The notes: generated by a model not told the origin, from the letters alone. A stretch of 64,000 nucleotides of DNA from Minisyncoccia bacterium (GCA_041485465.1 JBGPJO010000001.1:102190-166189), one strand, 5' to 3'. Positions 47,196 through 57,883 are shown, counted from the stretch's first letter. A program made the numbers and translations.

Positions 47196-47269
47196 TGGTG
47201 CGGGTAGCGGGAATCGAACCCGCGTCAGTTGCTTGGGAAGCAACCATTCTGCCACTAAACTATACCCGC
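47196..47269 (-). tRNA. tRNA-Gly(CCC), CCA encoded
   Basis: Reverse complement gives gcgggtatagtttagtggcagaa...uuCCCaa...ggttcgattcccgctacccgcacca. Confidence 0.85.
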
Positions 47270-47272
47270 TTA

Positions 47273-47659
47273 TTATTTCTTAAAAAGACCCGCAAGCCAG
47301 CCTAAAATCCGCTCGGGAAGTGTGGAATTGTCGGTCGATGATTGTCCGGTTGTTGTTGAATCGACAATGACCGCGACTTCTTCCCCCACTTTTTTTACAT
47401 CGAATTTTCCACGGATTTCCCTCTCAACGCCATTCTCGGTTTTGAGCCTGTTTATCTCTTTTTCAAGAAAAGTCTGTCGCCCCTGAAGCGAAGCAACCGC
47501 TGTATCAACCTGATTTCTTCCCGCTTTCGCTACCTGTTCTTTCCCATATATATTCCAGGTACTTCTCGCAAGAAGAAACACTAAAATGAGGAGCACCCCG
47601 AGCGTCACATTTGAGTAGAGAAGTTTGTGCAAGTTTCTTTTTTCCCGGAATTCGTACAC
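47273..47659 (-). CDS. FtsB/DivIC-like septum-formation protein (TM plus coiled coil)
   Basis: TM LGVLLILVFLLA followed by a coiled coil (QTFLEKEINRLKTEN). Confidence 0.5.
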   Translation of the reverse strand: MYEFREKRNLHKLLYSNVTLGVLLILVFLLARSTWNIYGKEQVAKAGRNQVDTAVASLQGRQTFLEKEINRLKTENGVEREIRGKFDVKKVGEEVAVIVDSTTTGQSSTDNSTLPERILGWLAGLFKK

Positions 47660-47791
47660 TGTGGTATTATACTAAAGAAATTACATGCTATTCAGTCCGA
47701 AAAACAAGAGAAAGTTTGAAGTATTTTGGGCGGTTTTGATCCTTGTGATCATCGCCTCGATGATTCTTGCCTATACGCCCGCGCTCTTTCG

Positions 47792-49606
47792 TTAAGAACC
47801 GGAGCGAAGCATCTTCAGGAACGTGTCGTGAGGAATATTCACTTTTCCCCGCTCTCTCATTTTTTTCTTGCCCTCCTTTTGTTTTTCGAGAAGTTTTTTC
47901 TTACGGCTGACATCCCCTCCCCCGACTGTTTTTCCGCCCTTTACGAGCACATCCTTGCGGAATGCGGAGAGTGTGCGTGAGGAAATGATCCTGCCAAGCG
48001 CTTTGGCTTGAATTTTTGCCACGAACATCTGACGTGGCAGAAGATTATGAAGCTTTTCAACGGCAGACTCCGCTTCTTCCTGAACGCGTGTTGTCGAAAT
48101 AACCCGACAGAAAGCCGGGACAAGCTCTTCGGCAACCAAAATATCAAGCCGCGTGACGGATGCTAAACGCATGCCGATTGGTTCATATGAAAGAGATGCG
48201 TAGCCCGAGGAAGCGCTCTTAATTTCATCGAAAAAATTACGCATCAACTCACGGAGCGGCATTCGAACAAAAAGTGTCGTGCGATTGTCGCCGAAATTCG
48301 AGGTTTCTCCAACCTCGGCCTCATGTCCATGCATTAATTTCAAGATTTCTCCAAGATACAAAGATGGAGTAATAATTTTGACGCTCGTCCAGGGCTCTTC
48401 AATACTAATGATGTCGCCATGGTCGGGAAAGAGCGACGGTGTGTAGACTTTAACTTTTTTGCCGTTCCGTAAAATGACTTCATAATTGATGGAGGGGGTC
48501 GTCACGATAAGCCGTAAGTCAAATTCACGCCTCAGGCGCTCGGTGATGATTTCAAGATGAAGCATTCCCAGGAAACCGCAACGAAAACCTCTGCCTAAGG
48601 ATCCGGACTGCTCCTCTTCAAAAGAAAGAGATGAATCAGTGAGCTTTAAACGAAGGAGTGCCTGACGAAGAGTATTAAAATCATCCTGGCTTTCAGGATA
48701 AACCGAGGCCCAGACCATCGCCTTTGGGCTTTGATAGCCCGGAAGAGCTTCAATCTGGTTTTTTTCAAAAACTACCGTATCGCCAACCGAGACAACACCG
48801 GGCTGTTTTATCCCGGTCACAATGTAACCGATTTCACCAGGAGAAAGAGATTCTTTTGGTTTCATCTCCGGAGAAAAGATTCCCACTTCTCCGCCGATGA
48901 ATCGCTCGCCCGCGATCGAAAGCCTGAGAATATCGCCCCGTTTGGCCGCGCCACTGAAAACCCGAACGAAAAGAATAATTCCCTGGTGATTTGAGTACTG
49001 GAAATCAAAGACAAGCGCCCGAAGAAGATCGCTAGAAACAGGTTTTGGAGGAGGAATCCGCTCTATAATTGCCGCGAGAAGTTTTTCAACACCTTCACCG
49101 GTTTTTCCCGAGGTTTCTATGATGTCTTCCGCTTTGCAAGAAAGAAGTTTCATCATTTCTTCCCGTACCTCTCCGATTCTGGCAAGCGACGAGTCTATCT
49201 TATTGAGTACGGGAATAATCAAGAGATCATGCCCTTCGGCAAGCGCGAGCGTCGTCAGCGTCTGAGCCTGCACGCCCTGCGTCGCGTCAACAAGGAGAAG
49301 CGATCCCTCGACCGCTTTAAGCGCCCTCGAAACTTCATAAGAAAAGTCGATATGTCCCGGCGTATCGATAAGATTGAGTGTGTATTCCTCGCCCTTAAAG
49401 CGATATGCCATTCTTACTGGTTGCATTTTGATCGTAATACCCCGTTCTCGCTCAAGCTCCATCGAATCAAGTACCTGATCGCGCATTTTGCGTTTTTCAA
49501 TGGTATGAGTGACTTCAAGGAGACGGTCGGCGAGCGTTGATTTTCCGTGGTCAATATGGGCGATAATTGAAAAATTTCGAATATGGCGCTGATCCATAGT
49601 GTGCAT
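47792..49606 (-). CDS. lepA: Elongation factor 4 (LepA)
   Basis: [22 protein letters not shown], and the LepA-specific C-terminal domain ..GGDVSRKKKLLEKQKEGKKKMR. Confidence 0.95.
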   Translation of the reverse strand: MHTMDQRHIRNFSIIAHIDHGKSTLADRLLEVTHTIEKRKMRDQVLDSMELERERGITIKMQPVRMAYRFKGEEYTLNLIDTPGHIDFSYEVSRALKAVEGSLLLVDATQGVQAQTLTTLALAEGHDLLIIPVLNKIDSSLARIGEVREEMMKLLSCKAEDIIETSGKTGEGVEKLLAAIIERIPPPKPVSSDLLRALVFDFQYSNHQGIILFVRVFSGAAKRGDILRLSIAGERFIGGEVGIFSPEMKPKESLSPGEIGYIVTGIKQPGVVSVGDTVVFEKNQIEALPGYQSPKAMVWASVYPESQDDFNTLRQALLRLKLTDSSLSFEEEQSGSLGRGFRCGFLGMLHLEIITERLRREFDLRLIVTTPSINYEVILRNGKKVKVYTPSLFPDHGDIISIEEPWTSVKIITPSLYLGEILKLMHGHEAEVGETSNFGDNRTTLFVRMPLRELMRNFFDEIKSASSGYASLSYEPIGMRLASVTRLDILVAEELVPAFCRVISTTRVQEEAESAVEKLHNLLPRQMFVAKIQAKALGRIISSRTLSAFRKDVLVKGGKTVGGGDVSRKKKLLEKQKEGKKKMRERGKVNIPHDTFLKMLRSGS

Positions 49607-49646
49607 ATACTACCGTAACTCTTCGGAAAAGCCAGCGTACACGAGC

Positions 49647-51326
49647 TTACAGAGCTTCCTCGGTCTGAATCACTTCCGTTTTTCTAAAGACCCGTGTTTT
49701 AAGGGCCCCCAGAATCTCGATCAATTCTTCATTCTTCAAAATAAAGAGCATCAAAAAGCCGAAACCAATACCGATTATCGCCGAGAGAAATCCTTGGAAA
49801 AAGATCCCTAAAAACGTATCCAGATTAAAGATGCTACCAAAGTATTGGAGTGATTCGTAGGTCAGAAAACCCATGAAAACAGATGTTGCGAAACTGTGGA
49901 TGGCAGTGTTGCCGATAGGAATTGAAAAGCGAAAGAGATACCGGCGGAAAAATATCCAAAATAATCCGAGATTGATGAAGGAGCCGATGCTGTAGGAAAG
50001 CGCGAGAATCAAGACATTGGTGCCCGTAATATCTTCCACGCGGAAAAGTGACTGAAGAAAATTTCTGAAAAGTTCGTTTCCCGAAAAGAGCGTCATGCCG
50101 ATATACGCGGAAAGAACAATTGAAACGGAGGAAATAACCGAGATGATAAGAGGTTTCCTGGTATCTCCCGCCGCGTAAAAAGCTCTAATAAAAAGAAGTG
50201 AAATATTTTGAGCGATGATAGAACACGCAAAAAGCGCAAGACACGCGGCGGTAAGCCGTGTGTCGTTCCAAGAAAAGGCGCCGCTTCCCAAAATCACCCG
50301 GACAATTTGTGCTCGGAGAACAATAAGCAGAGTAAGAATCGGAAACGACCAGAAGATAATATGCTTGAGCGCCGTCGTGAAGTGTTCGGTGAATTTTTTC
50401 TCCTCTTTACGCAAGAAATGCCGAGCGAGCGTCGGAAAAGCGGCGACTGAATAACTTGCTCCGATGATCGCAACCGGTACGGACTGAAGGTTAAAAGAAA
50501 AATTGAGAACCGAAATCGATCCCGGCTCCATAAGAGAGGCCAACCCGACCAAAACAAGCATTGCGATATTGTTGAGAGAAAGGGTGAGCGTTCGCGGCAG
50601 AGAAAGGAAAATGAGACGCTTCAAATCATGAAAATCAAAGTCAAATGTAAACCGCGGGAAAAGGCCTTGGGAGAAAATGAACGGTACCTGAATGAAGAGA
50701 TGTAGTAGCGCCCCGACAATGACACCGAAACCAAGACCCTTCAGTCCGTAGAGCGGATAAAAGAAAATGATGCCAATAATGATACCGAGATTGTAAAGAA
50801 CCGGCGAGAGCGCATAGATAAAAAACTTACGATATACCTGTGTGATACTGCCGAGCAGATTCGAAAGACCAAGAATCAATGGTGAGAGCAGGAGCAGACG
50901 GGTAAGGAAAAAAAGATCACCGTCGAATCCCTTACCGATAAGGCCGGGGAATAAAAACGGAACGATATCTGGAGCAAAAAACGCCGTGACGCCACCGAAA
51001 ACCACCATTGCCATAAAAAAAACGGAAAAAACGGAATTAACGAATTTTTTTGTTTCTTCTTTTCCCTGCTCGATCTTCTCGACGAGGATAGGAATAAGCA
51101 CCGCAAGCGACACTAGAGAAGCTACAAAAAAGAAAATGAAATCCTGGACGCGAAACGCGGCGTAATAGATATCGAGTTTAGTACCGGCGCCAAAAGTATG
51201 CGCCAGGAGCCTGTCCCTGACGAGCGCGAGAAGCTGGGAAGAGAATGTCGAGAGTGCGAGCAGGTACGCCGCTCCGTGGACCCCCGAAACATCCGTGGTC
51301 AAAAGAGAGAGAATGCGGCGAACCAT
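49647..51326 (-). CDS. murJ: Lipid II flippase MurJ (MviN)
   Basis: LVRDRLLAHTFGAGTKLDIYYAAFRV; 14-TM MOP-superfamily profile. Confidence 0.85.
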   Translation of the reverse strand: MVRRILSLLTTDVSGVHGAAYLLALSTFSSQLLALVRDRLLAHTFGAGTKLDIYYAAFRVQDFIFFFVASLVSLAVLIPILVEKIEQGKEETKKFVNSVFSVFFMAMVVFGGVTAFFAPDIVPFLFPGLIGKGFDGDLFFLTRLLLLSPLILGLSNLLGSITQVYRKFFIYALSPVLYNLGIIIGIIFFYPLYGLKGLGFGVIVGALLHLFIQVPFIFSQGLFPRFTFDFDFHDLKRLIFLSLPRTLTLSLNNIAMLVLVGLASLMEPGSISVLNFSFNLQSVPVAIIGASYSVAAFPTLARHFLRKEEKKFTEHFTTALKHIIFWSFPILTLLIVLRAQIVRVILGSGAFSWNDTRLTAACLALFACSIIAQNISLLFIRAFYAAGDTRKPLIISVISSVSIVLSAYIGMTLFSGNELFRNFLQSLFRVEDITGTNVLILALSYSIGSFINLGLFWIFFRRYLFRFSIPIGNTAIHSFATSVFMGFLTYESLQYFGSIFNLDTFLGIFFQGFLSAIIGIGFGFLMLFILKNEELIEILGALKTRVFRKTEVIQTEEAL

Positions 51327-51332
51327 AGAAAA

Positions 51333-53759
51333 CTAAATATTCGACTGAGATTGATCCGGGATTGGTGGCGTTTTCCTCTTCTCTGGTTTGTTGTCAAGCG
51401 GTGGCTTCACACTCGCAAACGCGTCTTTTCCGGCCCGGAGATTCGAGAGAATGAATTTCACTTCTTGGTTATCGGGATTGGTAGCTTGAATACTCTCAAA
51501 CTGAGAAATTGCATCCTTGTTTCGTCCTTGCTTGTCATAGGAGAGGCCAAGGAAGTAGCGGGCATTCGCGTATGAAGATTGCAGTCCAACCGCTCTCTCA
51601 AGAGTGATAATCGCTTTTTGATAATCTTTATTGTTGTAATAGAGGAAACCGAGCTGGAAGAAGACCGTCGGATCGTTCGGCGCGAGAACGGCTGCTGATT
51701 CGACTGATTTAATGGCGTCTCCAAGATTCCCCTCCGCAACTTCAATTTGGGAGAGCAGAAAGATGGCGTCGGTATAATTACTCTTCAAGGTAAGCGCCTC
51801 GGTAATGTAGTCTTTCGCCGCCTTGTTGCTGTTATTGAGAGCCTCAAGCCGCGCCAAGGTCAACCGAATCTCCGGACTTGTCGGATTTCGTTTTTCCGCT
51901 TCTAGGTAGGACGCTTTTGCGTTTTCATACGCACCGGCAATTTTAAGCGGTACGACGGATTCATAGGTTTGCCCAAGTGAAATCCAGTTTTGGAAGTTCT
52001 CTTGATTCGCGTCCCGTGCCACCTGCGCCGCCTGAATAGCACCCCCCAAAAGTGCCTGGAATCTTGTCCTGATCTGATCAGGGGGTGTCTGGGGCGTCAC
52101 TTGGGTTGCCACTTGATTTAAATTGATAAGCGCAATCTGGGAAAGGCCTCGATAGAAAGAGTCCTCGCCGCTTATTGAGATCGCTCGTCTTACATAGGTT
52201 TCGGCGGACGCAAGATTACCGCTTCCGTTATAGACCGCAAGCGCCTTATTAAAGTAGGCGTAGGCGATATTCTTTTGAGCGACAACAATTCCTGCTCCTG
52301 CGGTAAAGATAATAAGAATAATACTCGTGACGAGCGCAATAAAACGGAAACTCGGCTCCCCCCCAAAGGAAATTGTTTTTTCCTGGATACTGTCTTGAAG
52401 AACAAGTGTTGCGACAAAAGCACCGGTCATGATGAATGCGAGCGCGAAAGGCACGGTTGAAGTGGTGTAAAAAATCGCCATCATCCACAAATAAAGAGCG
52501 CCGACAAACGAAGTGACAGAAAGATAATAGGCGAAGAGATCTTCACGCGGACGTCGAAGAGCCTTCACTCCCTGATAGACAAAAAGAGCAAGGAGAAGAA
52601 GCCAGGCGACACCCCCCAAGACACCGGTTGAAACAAAGGCACTCGAAATGATACCGATACCGAAATTAAAGTCGACATTCCAGAAAGCGCTTTCGTTCAC
52701 AACTCTCGGACGATACTTGTACCACTGATACACAAATTGATTGGGGCCCCCACCGAGAAGCAGACTAGTTTTAAGGCTATTTTTCGTTATACCAACCGTC
52801 GTGCTCCATGAAGGACGCGCCTCAAGTTGAACAATATTGAGTCTTTCCGAAATTTTATTTCCGATATTAAGGCTCGGATGATTACCCGAGATCGCCTGAT
52901 TTCCGGTAATTATAAAAACAAGAGAAACCAGAAGCACGATAAACGGAGATTTCGGCAAGCGCCAGAATTCCTTCCACGATTTCTCATTACTCACTCCTCC
53001 GCTGCCAAATGAGCGGGCAAATGCAAAAAGATACGCAAGGAGGGCAAGAGAAAATCCGCCAAGCACATACCAAACCATGTCGAAATTGACAATGGCAAGA
53101 GCAATAAGTGAAAGAACGAGAGCGCTATACAGTGAAACGCGGAGAATTCCTTTCGGCGGCACAATTTCGAGCATCACAAGAGAAAGAACCGTAATGAGGC
53201 CGAAGAAAACACCAAGATCATTCCATGAGCCAACGAGATTCGAAGCTGACGAAGTTAAGACACCGAGCGTCAAAACGCCAGGGCCAGCAACAAGACGTAT
53301 GAATCCGAAGATCAGAACAACCGCAAAAGAAGCGAACAGCGCGAGGTAAAAATTGAAAATCGACTGCTTTGTCCTGAAAATCTGGGGCACAAGGAAAAGG
53401 AGTAACGCAAACGAAAGGATGGAGAGGGCGGTATCAAGTTCAAAGCCTCTGCCGACAATACCCGAGAGTATCGATGGAGAAAAAAGAGCGGAGAGAAAAT
53501 AGACAATGACAAGCACTCCGAGAGCCGCCATAATAAGCGAACGCGGAATAAGAAGCTTACCTCTTTTAAGTGCTGTAAAAACCCAGATGATGAAAAGGGC
53601 AAACGCGGCGACAAAAACAAGCAGGGCCTTTCCTTCCTGAAACGGCACGGAAGAAGAGGGAATAATGAAAAGCGGAAGCAGAAAAGTAAACGCGATGAAG
53701 ATAATGGTTCCGAATCTCTCGAGAAATGACTTACGGACCGGCATGTCTTGGTTATCCAT
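51333..53759 (-). CDS. O-antigen ligase (Wzy_C)-family polytopic membrane protein fused to C-terminal TPR repeats
   Basis: About 12 TM helices with a large loop, then at least five TPR-like repeats (..YENAKASYLEAEKRNP.., ..AIITLERAVGLQSSYANARYFLGLSY..). Confidence 0.65.
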   Translation of the reverse strand: MDNQDMPVRKSFLERFGTIIFIAFTFLLPLFIIPSSSVPFQEGKALLVFVAAFALFIIWVFTALKRGKLLIPRSLIMAALGVLVIVYFLSALFSPSILSGIVGRGFELDTALSILSFALLLFLVPQIFRTKQSIFNFYLALFASFAVVLIFGFIRLVAGPGVLTLGVLTSSASNLVGSWNDLGVFFGLITVLSLVMLEIVPPKGILRVSLYSALVLSLIALAIVNFDMVWYVLGGFSLALLAYLFAFARSFGSGGVSNEKSWKEFWRLPKSPFIVLLVSLVFIITGNQAISGNHPSLNIGNKISERLNIVQLEARPSWSTTVGITKNSLKTSLLLGGGPNQFVYQWYKYRPRVVNESAFWNVDFNFGIGIISSAFVSTGVLGGVAWLLLLALFVYQGVKALRRPREDLFAYYLSVTSFVGALYLWMMAIFYTTSTVPFALAFIMTGAFVATLVLQDSIQEKTISFGGEPSFRFIALVTSIILIIFTAGAGIVVAQKNIAYAYFNKALAVYNGSGNLASAETYVRRAISISGEDSFYRGLSQIALINLNQVATQVTPQTPPDQIRTRFQALLGGAIQAAQVARDANQENFQNWISLGQTYESVVPLKIAGAYENAKASYLEAEKRNPTSPEIRLTLARLEALNNSNKAAKDYITEALTLKSNYTDAIFLLSQIEVAEGNLGDAIKSVESAAVLAPNDPTVFFQLGFLYYNNKDYQKAIITLERAVGLQSSYANARYFLGLSYDKQGRNKDAISQFESIQATNPDNQEVKFILSNLRAGKDAFASVKPPLDNKPEKRKTPPIPDQSQSNI

Positions 53760-53857
53760 GGGATATTTATATGTTTAAACTATAATATAAAGAGTATAAC
53801 AAGAGAGCGCTAGAGTCACAAAAGTCGCAACAGAGGAAAACTTGAAAGGAAGCCCTA

Positions 53858-53886
53858 TTGAATCTATTATTAATTCATGCTATAAT
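53858..53886 (+). promoter_or_regulatory. Consensus sigma70 promoter of rnpB
   Basis: TTGAAT-N17-TATAAT, about 7 nt upstream of the RNase P RNA 5' end. Confidence 0.7.
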
Positions 53887-53892
53887 TTAAAA

Positions 53893-54235
53893 GTTCTTTG
53901 CTGAATGGTCGCCGTGCGTCATAAGCGTATGGAGGAAAGTCCGAACACAGCCGTCGCGAAAGTGGCGGAGCAGGGTAGCGGGTAACGCCCGTCCACCGCA
54001 AGGTGCGAGATGCGAACAGTGACGCCTGAAGCGAAAGTCTAAGGCACCCCTTCGGGGTGAACCCTATGGTAACTTAGGGAGTGAAACGGCAAAACTCTTA
54101 CCTCTGTGCAAGGCCGTGTCCGCCGCAAGGCGGAAGTGCCGCTTGAGCCCGAGAGCAATCGAGGGCCTAGATAAATGACTATTCACGCTCCGCCTAAGGC
54201 GGGGCGAGACAGAATTCGGCTTATAGGTAAAGAAC
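53893..54235 (+). ncRNA. rnpB: RNase P RNA (bacterial type A-like)
   Basis: GGAGGAAAGUCCGAACACAG, GCAGGGUAGCGGGUAACGCCCG, ACAGAAUUCGGCUUAUAGG; 5' gttctttgc pairs with 3' gtaaagaac (P1). Confidence 0.85.
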
Positions 54236-54241
54236 ATAATG

Positions 54242-54272
54242 AAAACAGCCCGCCTAAAGCGGGCTGTTTTCT
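54242..54272 (+). terminator. Terminator after rnpB
   Basis: aaaacagcccgc ctaaa gcgggctgtttt. Confidence 0.65.
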
Positions 54273-54308
54273 GTTATTTATAAAAAACAAGATCGAGCAA
54301 CCTCTATA

Positions 54309-56657
54309 CTATATCTCGCACACTCCCCCAACACAGGCGAGTTCTTTCGCCCCTTCAGTCTCATCGGTTTTCTCGTACGTCACGATTTTTGAGAAATCAA
54401 TGTCCCCGAAACGTTTCACTGCCTCAATATATTTCTTCTCGTCGATTTCTTCATACGGCGCAAGTTTATAGACATGATTTGAACGCGGCAGGAAGGAAAG
54501 TCCTCCAACCATGTCCCAATTTTCATAAATCCAGTTGCCGGTCTTAAGCCACTCATCATCGCTTACCGAAACCGTAACCGATGGATTATGTTCCGTGTAA
54601 CTCTCTTTCACCATCTTCCAGTGCTCAAGCTGTTCAAGTGCGGAAATATCATCTTTAAAAGTCGAGCCGGCGGGGGCTTTGACCGGAAACTCAAGAACAA
54701 ACGTATTTGCCGTTTCCAGATTCTGCCCAACCTCTGGGTGATGCGGCACTCCTTGATCCCGAAGCATCTTGAAAAGCGGGTCTGTTGCGGAAATGCGAAC
54801 GCGGCGGATGTAATATTTCGCGTGCCGCGGATGCATGCCGGACGAAGAGTCGACGAGCTGGGACACCGTGCCTGAAGGTTTAACGCAGGTGATCGAGGTT
54901 GAGACATTAATTTTGAAACGTTTCGCGTACTCTTTATTCACCGTGACTGATTCTTCCCGTAAATTCTTCAAAACTTTTTCATCGCGGACGACGGGGCAAT
55001 CCCATTGACCGGTGAGTGATACGCCGAGCAGTCGCTCGTCTTCGCAATTTTTCTTCCACTCTGAAGAGAGATATTTAAAATTAGTGAGTGTTGATTGATA
55101 GGTACCAAGCATGGCCGCGAGGCGAACTTTTCGAAGCAAATCTTTTTCCGTGTCGCGCGCCCGACACACCACTTCGGTCAAATTGCAGAACTGTTTTGAT
55201 TTGAGAACGATTTCGCCGCATGGGTTCGTCCCCGGGGTGCCGGTGATTCGCTCATCTTCAATGTATCCACTTTGCTTCCACTGCTTGACGCGACGCTCCG
55301 GCATCTGCTCCATAAGCGACCCGCGGTTGAAGATGCCTCGCTCACCGGACTGACTCTTCACGAGCGAGAGCCATTCGTCGAGAAATTGCGTGGTCGACGG
55401 TTTTTCATTATAAATAGCCGAATTATTAGACATTGAGCGTTGTGGCTCAACAACATAGAATTGACCGTCTTTGGCATGCCGCATCTGTTCGTCATCAAGA
55501 TCAGAAAGTGAGATAAGGGCCGTACGGCGAACCCCTCCGGCAACGACAATTTCGCCTATTTTGCAGATAATATCGTGAACGTCGAGATTAGTCAGTCGTT
55601 TAGCTTGTTTCCCAAGAAGCTTTGCCCGAGCGTACTGATTAAGTTCAATAAGAGGACCCGGTCCTGACGCATAGCCTCCCATTGTCTTCAACCGCGCGCC
55701 CTGAGGGCGGATTTTTGAATAATCAAATTCAATGTCCTCTCCTTCAAACCAGGCGTGGAGTCCCACAACAAAGGCATCGGCCCAGCCGGTCTTGCTGTCG
55801 AGAACTTCATGCGTCTTCCGCATCTTTCCTGTTTGGCGCTTCACGATCGGAAACTCTTGCGCCGCCTGTGTCTCGACAGAATAACCGACACCGCAGCCGG
55901 ACATTGAGAGATACATTATCTCTCCGAGGTCTTGCGGCTTCGTCGGTGCGATGAATGAACAGTTGTAGGCGGTTGCATTTGATTCGCGCGCCGCTTTTCC
56001 GGCGGCCCACAAAAGTCGCATTGAAGGCATTACGTCCTGCTTCAGAATCGCTTGATGGATTTCGTTATACTCTTCTTCTTTAAGCTTGCCTCCCAGATTC
56101 TCGCGCATGAAATCAATGTAGCGAGCGACACTTTCAACCCACGTTTCGCGGCGGCTCTCGTTTTCAATCCAACGCGAGTAGCTTCTGAAAAAGATAAATT
56201 CGGAAAGTGGATTCTTAAAATATTTTTTGCTCTCGATAACAAGCTTTTTGACATGTTCGGGAACGGCGACACCCTGCTCGCGCAAATGGGCACGCTTCTC
56301 ACGGTAGAGAATGTACGCTTTTGCAGTTGAAACGTATTCGGAAAGAATTAATTCCTTCTCGACCGTATCCTGCACCCCCTCAACGGTCGGTACGAAGTTT
56401 TTATACTTCTTCGAAATGCGGACAAGGTCGGAAAGTACTTTATTTGCGACCAATTCCGACTCCACATAGGAACCTTCGGAGGCGGCAAGCATTGCTTTAT
56501 GAACGGCATTCGTGATTTTGTTCAAATCAAACGTCAGCAGAGAGCCATCACGCTTCTGAATCGTCTTCACGAACTCGTTTGTCTTTGGTTCGACCTTAAG
56601 AACTTTCTGCTCGATCTTTTTAATCGGGTCACTAACTGCTCGCTTTGTGGTGCTCAT
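54309..56657 (-). CDS. Ribonucleotide reductase large subunit with N-terminal ATP-cone; class II (B12-dependent, NrdJ)-like; no nrdB adjacent
   Basis: ATP-cone (VEPKTNEFVKTIQKRDGSLLTFDLNKI), RNR barrel motifs (..NCSFIAP.., ..NPCGEIVL..), C-terminal Cys pair ..ACVGGVCEI. Confidence 0.65.
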   Translation of the reverse strand: MSTTKRAVSDPIKKIEQKVLKVEPKTNEFVKTIQKRDGSLLTFDLNKITNAVHKAMLAASEGSYVESELVANKVLSDLVRISKKYKNFVPTVEGVQDTVEKELILSEYVSTAKAYILYREKRAHLREQGVAVPEHVKKLVIESKKYFKNPLSEFIFFRSYSRWIENESRRETWVESVARYIDFMRENLGGKLKEEEYNEIHQAILKQDVMPSMRLLWAAGKAARESNATAYNCSFIAPTKPQDLGEIMYLSMSGCGVGYSVETQAAQEFPIVKRQTGKMRKTHEVLDSKTGWADAFVVGLHAWFEGEDIEFDYSKIRPQGARLKTMGGYASGPGPLIELNQYARAKLLGKQAKRLTNLDVHDIICKIGEIVVAGGVRRTALISLSDLDDEQMRHAKDGQFYVVEPQRSMSNNSAIYNEKPSTTQFLDEWLSLVKSQSGERGIFNRGSLMEQMPERRVKQWKQSGYIEDERITGTPGTNPCGEIVLKSKQFCNLTEVVCRARDTEKDLLRKVRLAAMLGTYQSTLTNFKYLSSEWKKNCEDERLLGVSLTGQWDCPVVRDEKVLKNLREESVTVNKEYAKRFKINVSTSITCVKPSGTVSQLVDSSSGMHPRHAKYYIRRVRISATDPLFKMLRDQGVPHHPEVGQNLETANTFVLEFPVKAPAGSTFKDDISALEQLEHWKMVKESYTEHNPSVTVSVSDDEWLKTGNWIYENWDMVGGLSFLPRSNHVYKLAPYEEIDEKKYIEAVKRFGDIDFSKIVTYEKTDETEGAKELACVGGVCEI

Positions 56658-56905
56658 AAACGGAGAGAAAAATAAAACCTCGCTAATAAAAGGTATTACT
56701 TATTTTACACGAGCAAAGTGTTTTTGACGGCAGTGGATAACCTTATAAATTATTATCTCGACATAAAAATACGTTTATGTAAAGATGCTGGAAAACCGAC
56801 ACCAAAAAAGCTCTAAGCAACAGGCTCTAAGGACAAGAAAAAAGGGGAAAGAAAATTTTTTTTTGGTTAGCCTATCAAAAAAATAGAGTGTTGGAGAAAA
56901 AATGA

Positions 56906-57544
56906 CTAAAGAACCTTTCCTATTGCTTCAAAAAGCTTTCGATGTCCTTTCTCGGTCGGATGTAATCCATCATCAAGCTCATCATCGCTTAAAAGATCAT
57001 ACACATCAATAAAAATAACCCCGTTTGAATTGCTAATGCCCTTAAGAGAGTCATTATATTTCTGAATGACAATGTTTTGGTATTGAATGACCTTATTGTC
57101 GTCACGAGAAAACGTCGAGCTGCGTTCATCAACGCGAATAATGCCCATGGCAATTACTTTTTTTGAGTATTTTTGGGCAATAGCAAGGATATCAATGAAA
57201 TTTTTTTCAAACTGCTCGCGCGGCACGACAGAGCGATGTTCGGAAAACGAGTACGCGCTGTCATTGATTCCTATCGCGACAATAATTTCCTCTGGTTTGT
57301 GCTTTTCGCAATCAGATTCTACATGACGAAGGAGATCCGTGGTAGTCGCTCCCGCGACTCCGAGATTAACCACCGTGACTTCGGTGTCCCGCTCTTCCAG
57401 AAATTTTTTGAGATGATGCGCCCACCCCTCTTCATTCGGCGCATTGTATCCTTCAGCAATACTATCTCCAAATATACAGACCGTTCTCATTTCATTTTTT
57501 AATTTTCTTGATAAAAGAGAAGCGCGAAACTTTTTTGCCGTCAA
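56906..57544 (-). CDS. SGNH/GDSL hydrolase (likely start at Met 57490)
   Basis: [10 protein letters not shown] (GDS block I), ..GINDS.., ..DDGLHPT (DxxH). Confidence 0.75.
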   Translation of the reverse strand: MTAKKFRASLLSRKLKNEMRTVCIFGDSIAEGYNAPNEEGWAHHLKKFLEERDTEVTVVNLGVAGATTTDLLRHVESDCEKHKPEEIIVAIGINDSAYSFSEHRSVVPREQFEKNFIDILAIAQKYSKKVIAMGIIRVDERSSTFSRDDNKVIQYQNIVIQKYNDSLKGISNSNGVIFIDVYDLLSDDELDDGLHPTEKGHRKLFEAIGKVL

Positions 57545-57716
57545 CTAATACTTCCCCCAAAAACATTTTTACTGGCCGAATCCATAAATCTTTTTTTCCG
57601 TAGAGCGCTTGATATATGACAAACTCTTCGAGGGTTTCCGAGTGTTTTCCAGTTCCGATTACTCGATATTTCTTTCCTTTAAAATGATTATACTTTCCTA
57701 CTGCTATTTTTTTCAT
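57492..57716 (-). CDS. DUF1653-family small protein. Start reassigned to internal Met MKKIAVGKY; the longer track ORF overlaps tRNA-Ser.
   Basis: [41 protein letters not shown] matches the DUF1653 core; aggaatgg RBS. Confidence 0.55.
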   Translation of the reverse strand: MKKIAVGKYNHFKGKKYRVIGTGKHSETLEEFVIYQALYGKKDLWIRPVKMFLGEVLVDGKKVSRFSFIKKIKK

Positions 57717-57758
57717 ACCATTCCTAATGGTATCTTTTTCATAGTGCTTTTCAAAATG

Positions 57759-57843
57759 CGGAGGCGGCGAGATTCGAACTCGCGGAGGTTTTATCCTCAC
57801 ACGCTTTCCAAGCGTGCGCACTAGACCACTATGCGACGCCTCC
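57759..57843 (-). tRNA. tRNA-Ser(GGA), type II
   Basis: Reverse complement gives ggaggcgtcgcatagtggtctagtgcg...uuGGAaa...long variable arm...gagttcgaatctcgccgcctccg. Confidence 0.8.
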
Positions 57844-57883
57844 GTAGAAAGCAGTATACAAAAAAGTCAAAAACGTGCGACTT

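Noticed and set aside
46915-47247. Full-length 110-aa form of the glutaredoxin ORF, and the 109-aa form of the DUF1653 ORF (57492..57821)
   Set aside because: Their N-terminal extensions overlap tRNA-Gly and tRNA-Ser respectively. Internal Met starts with an RBS give the conserved domain only.
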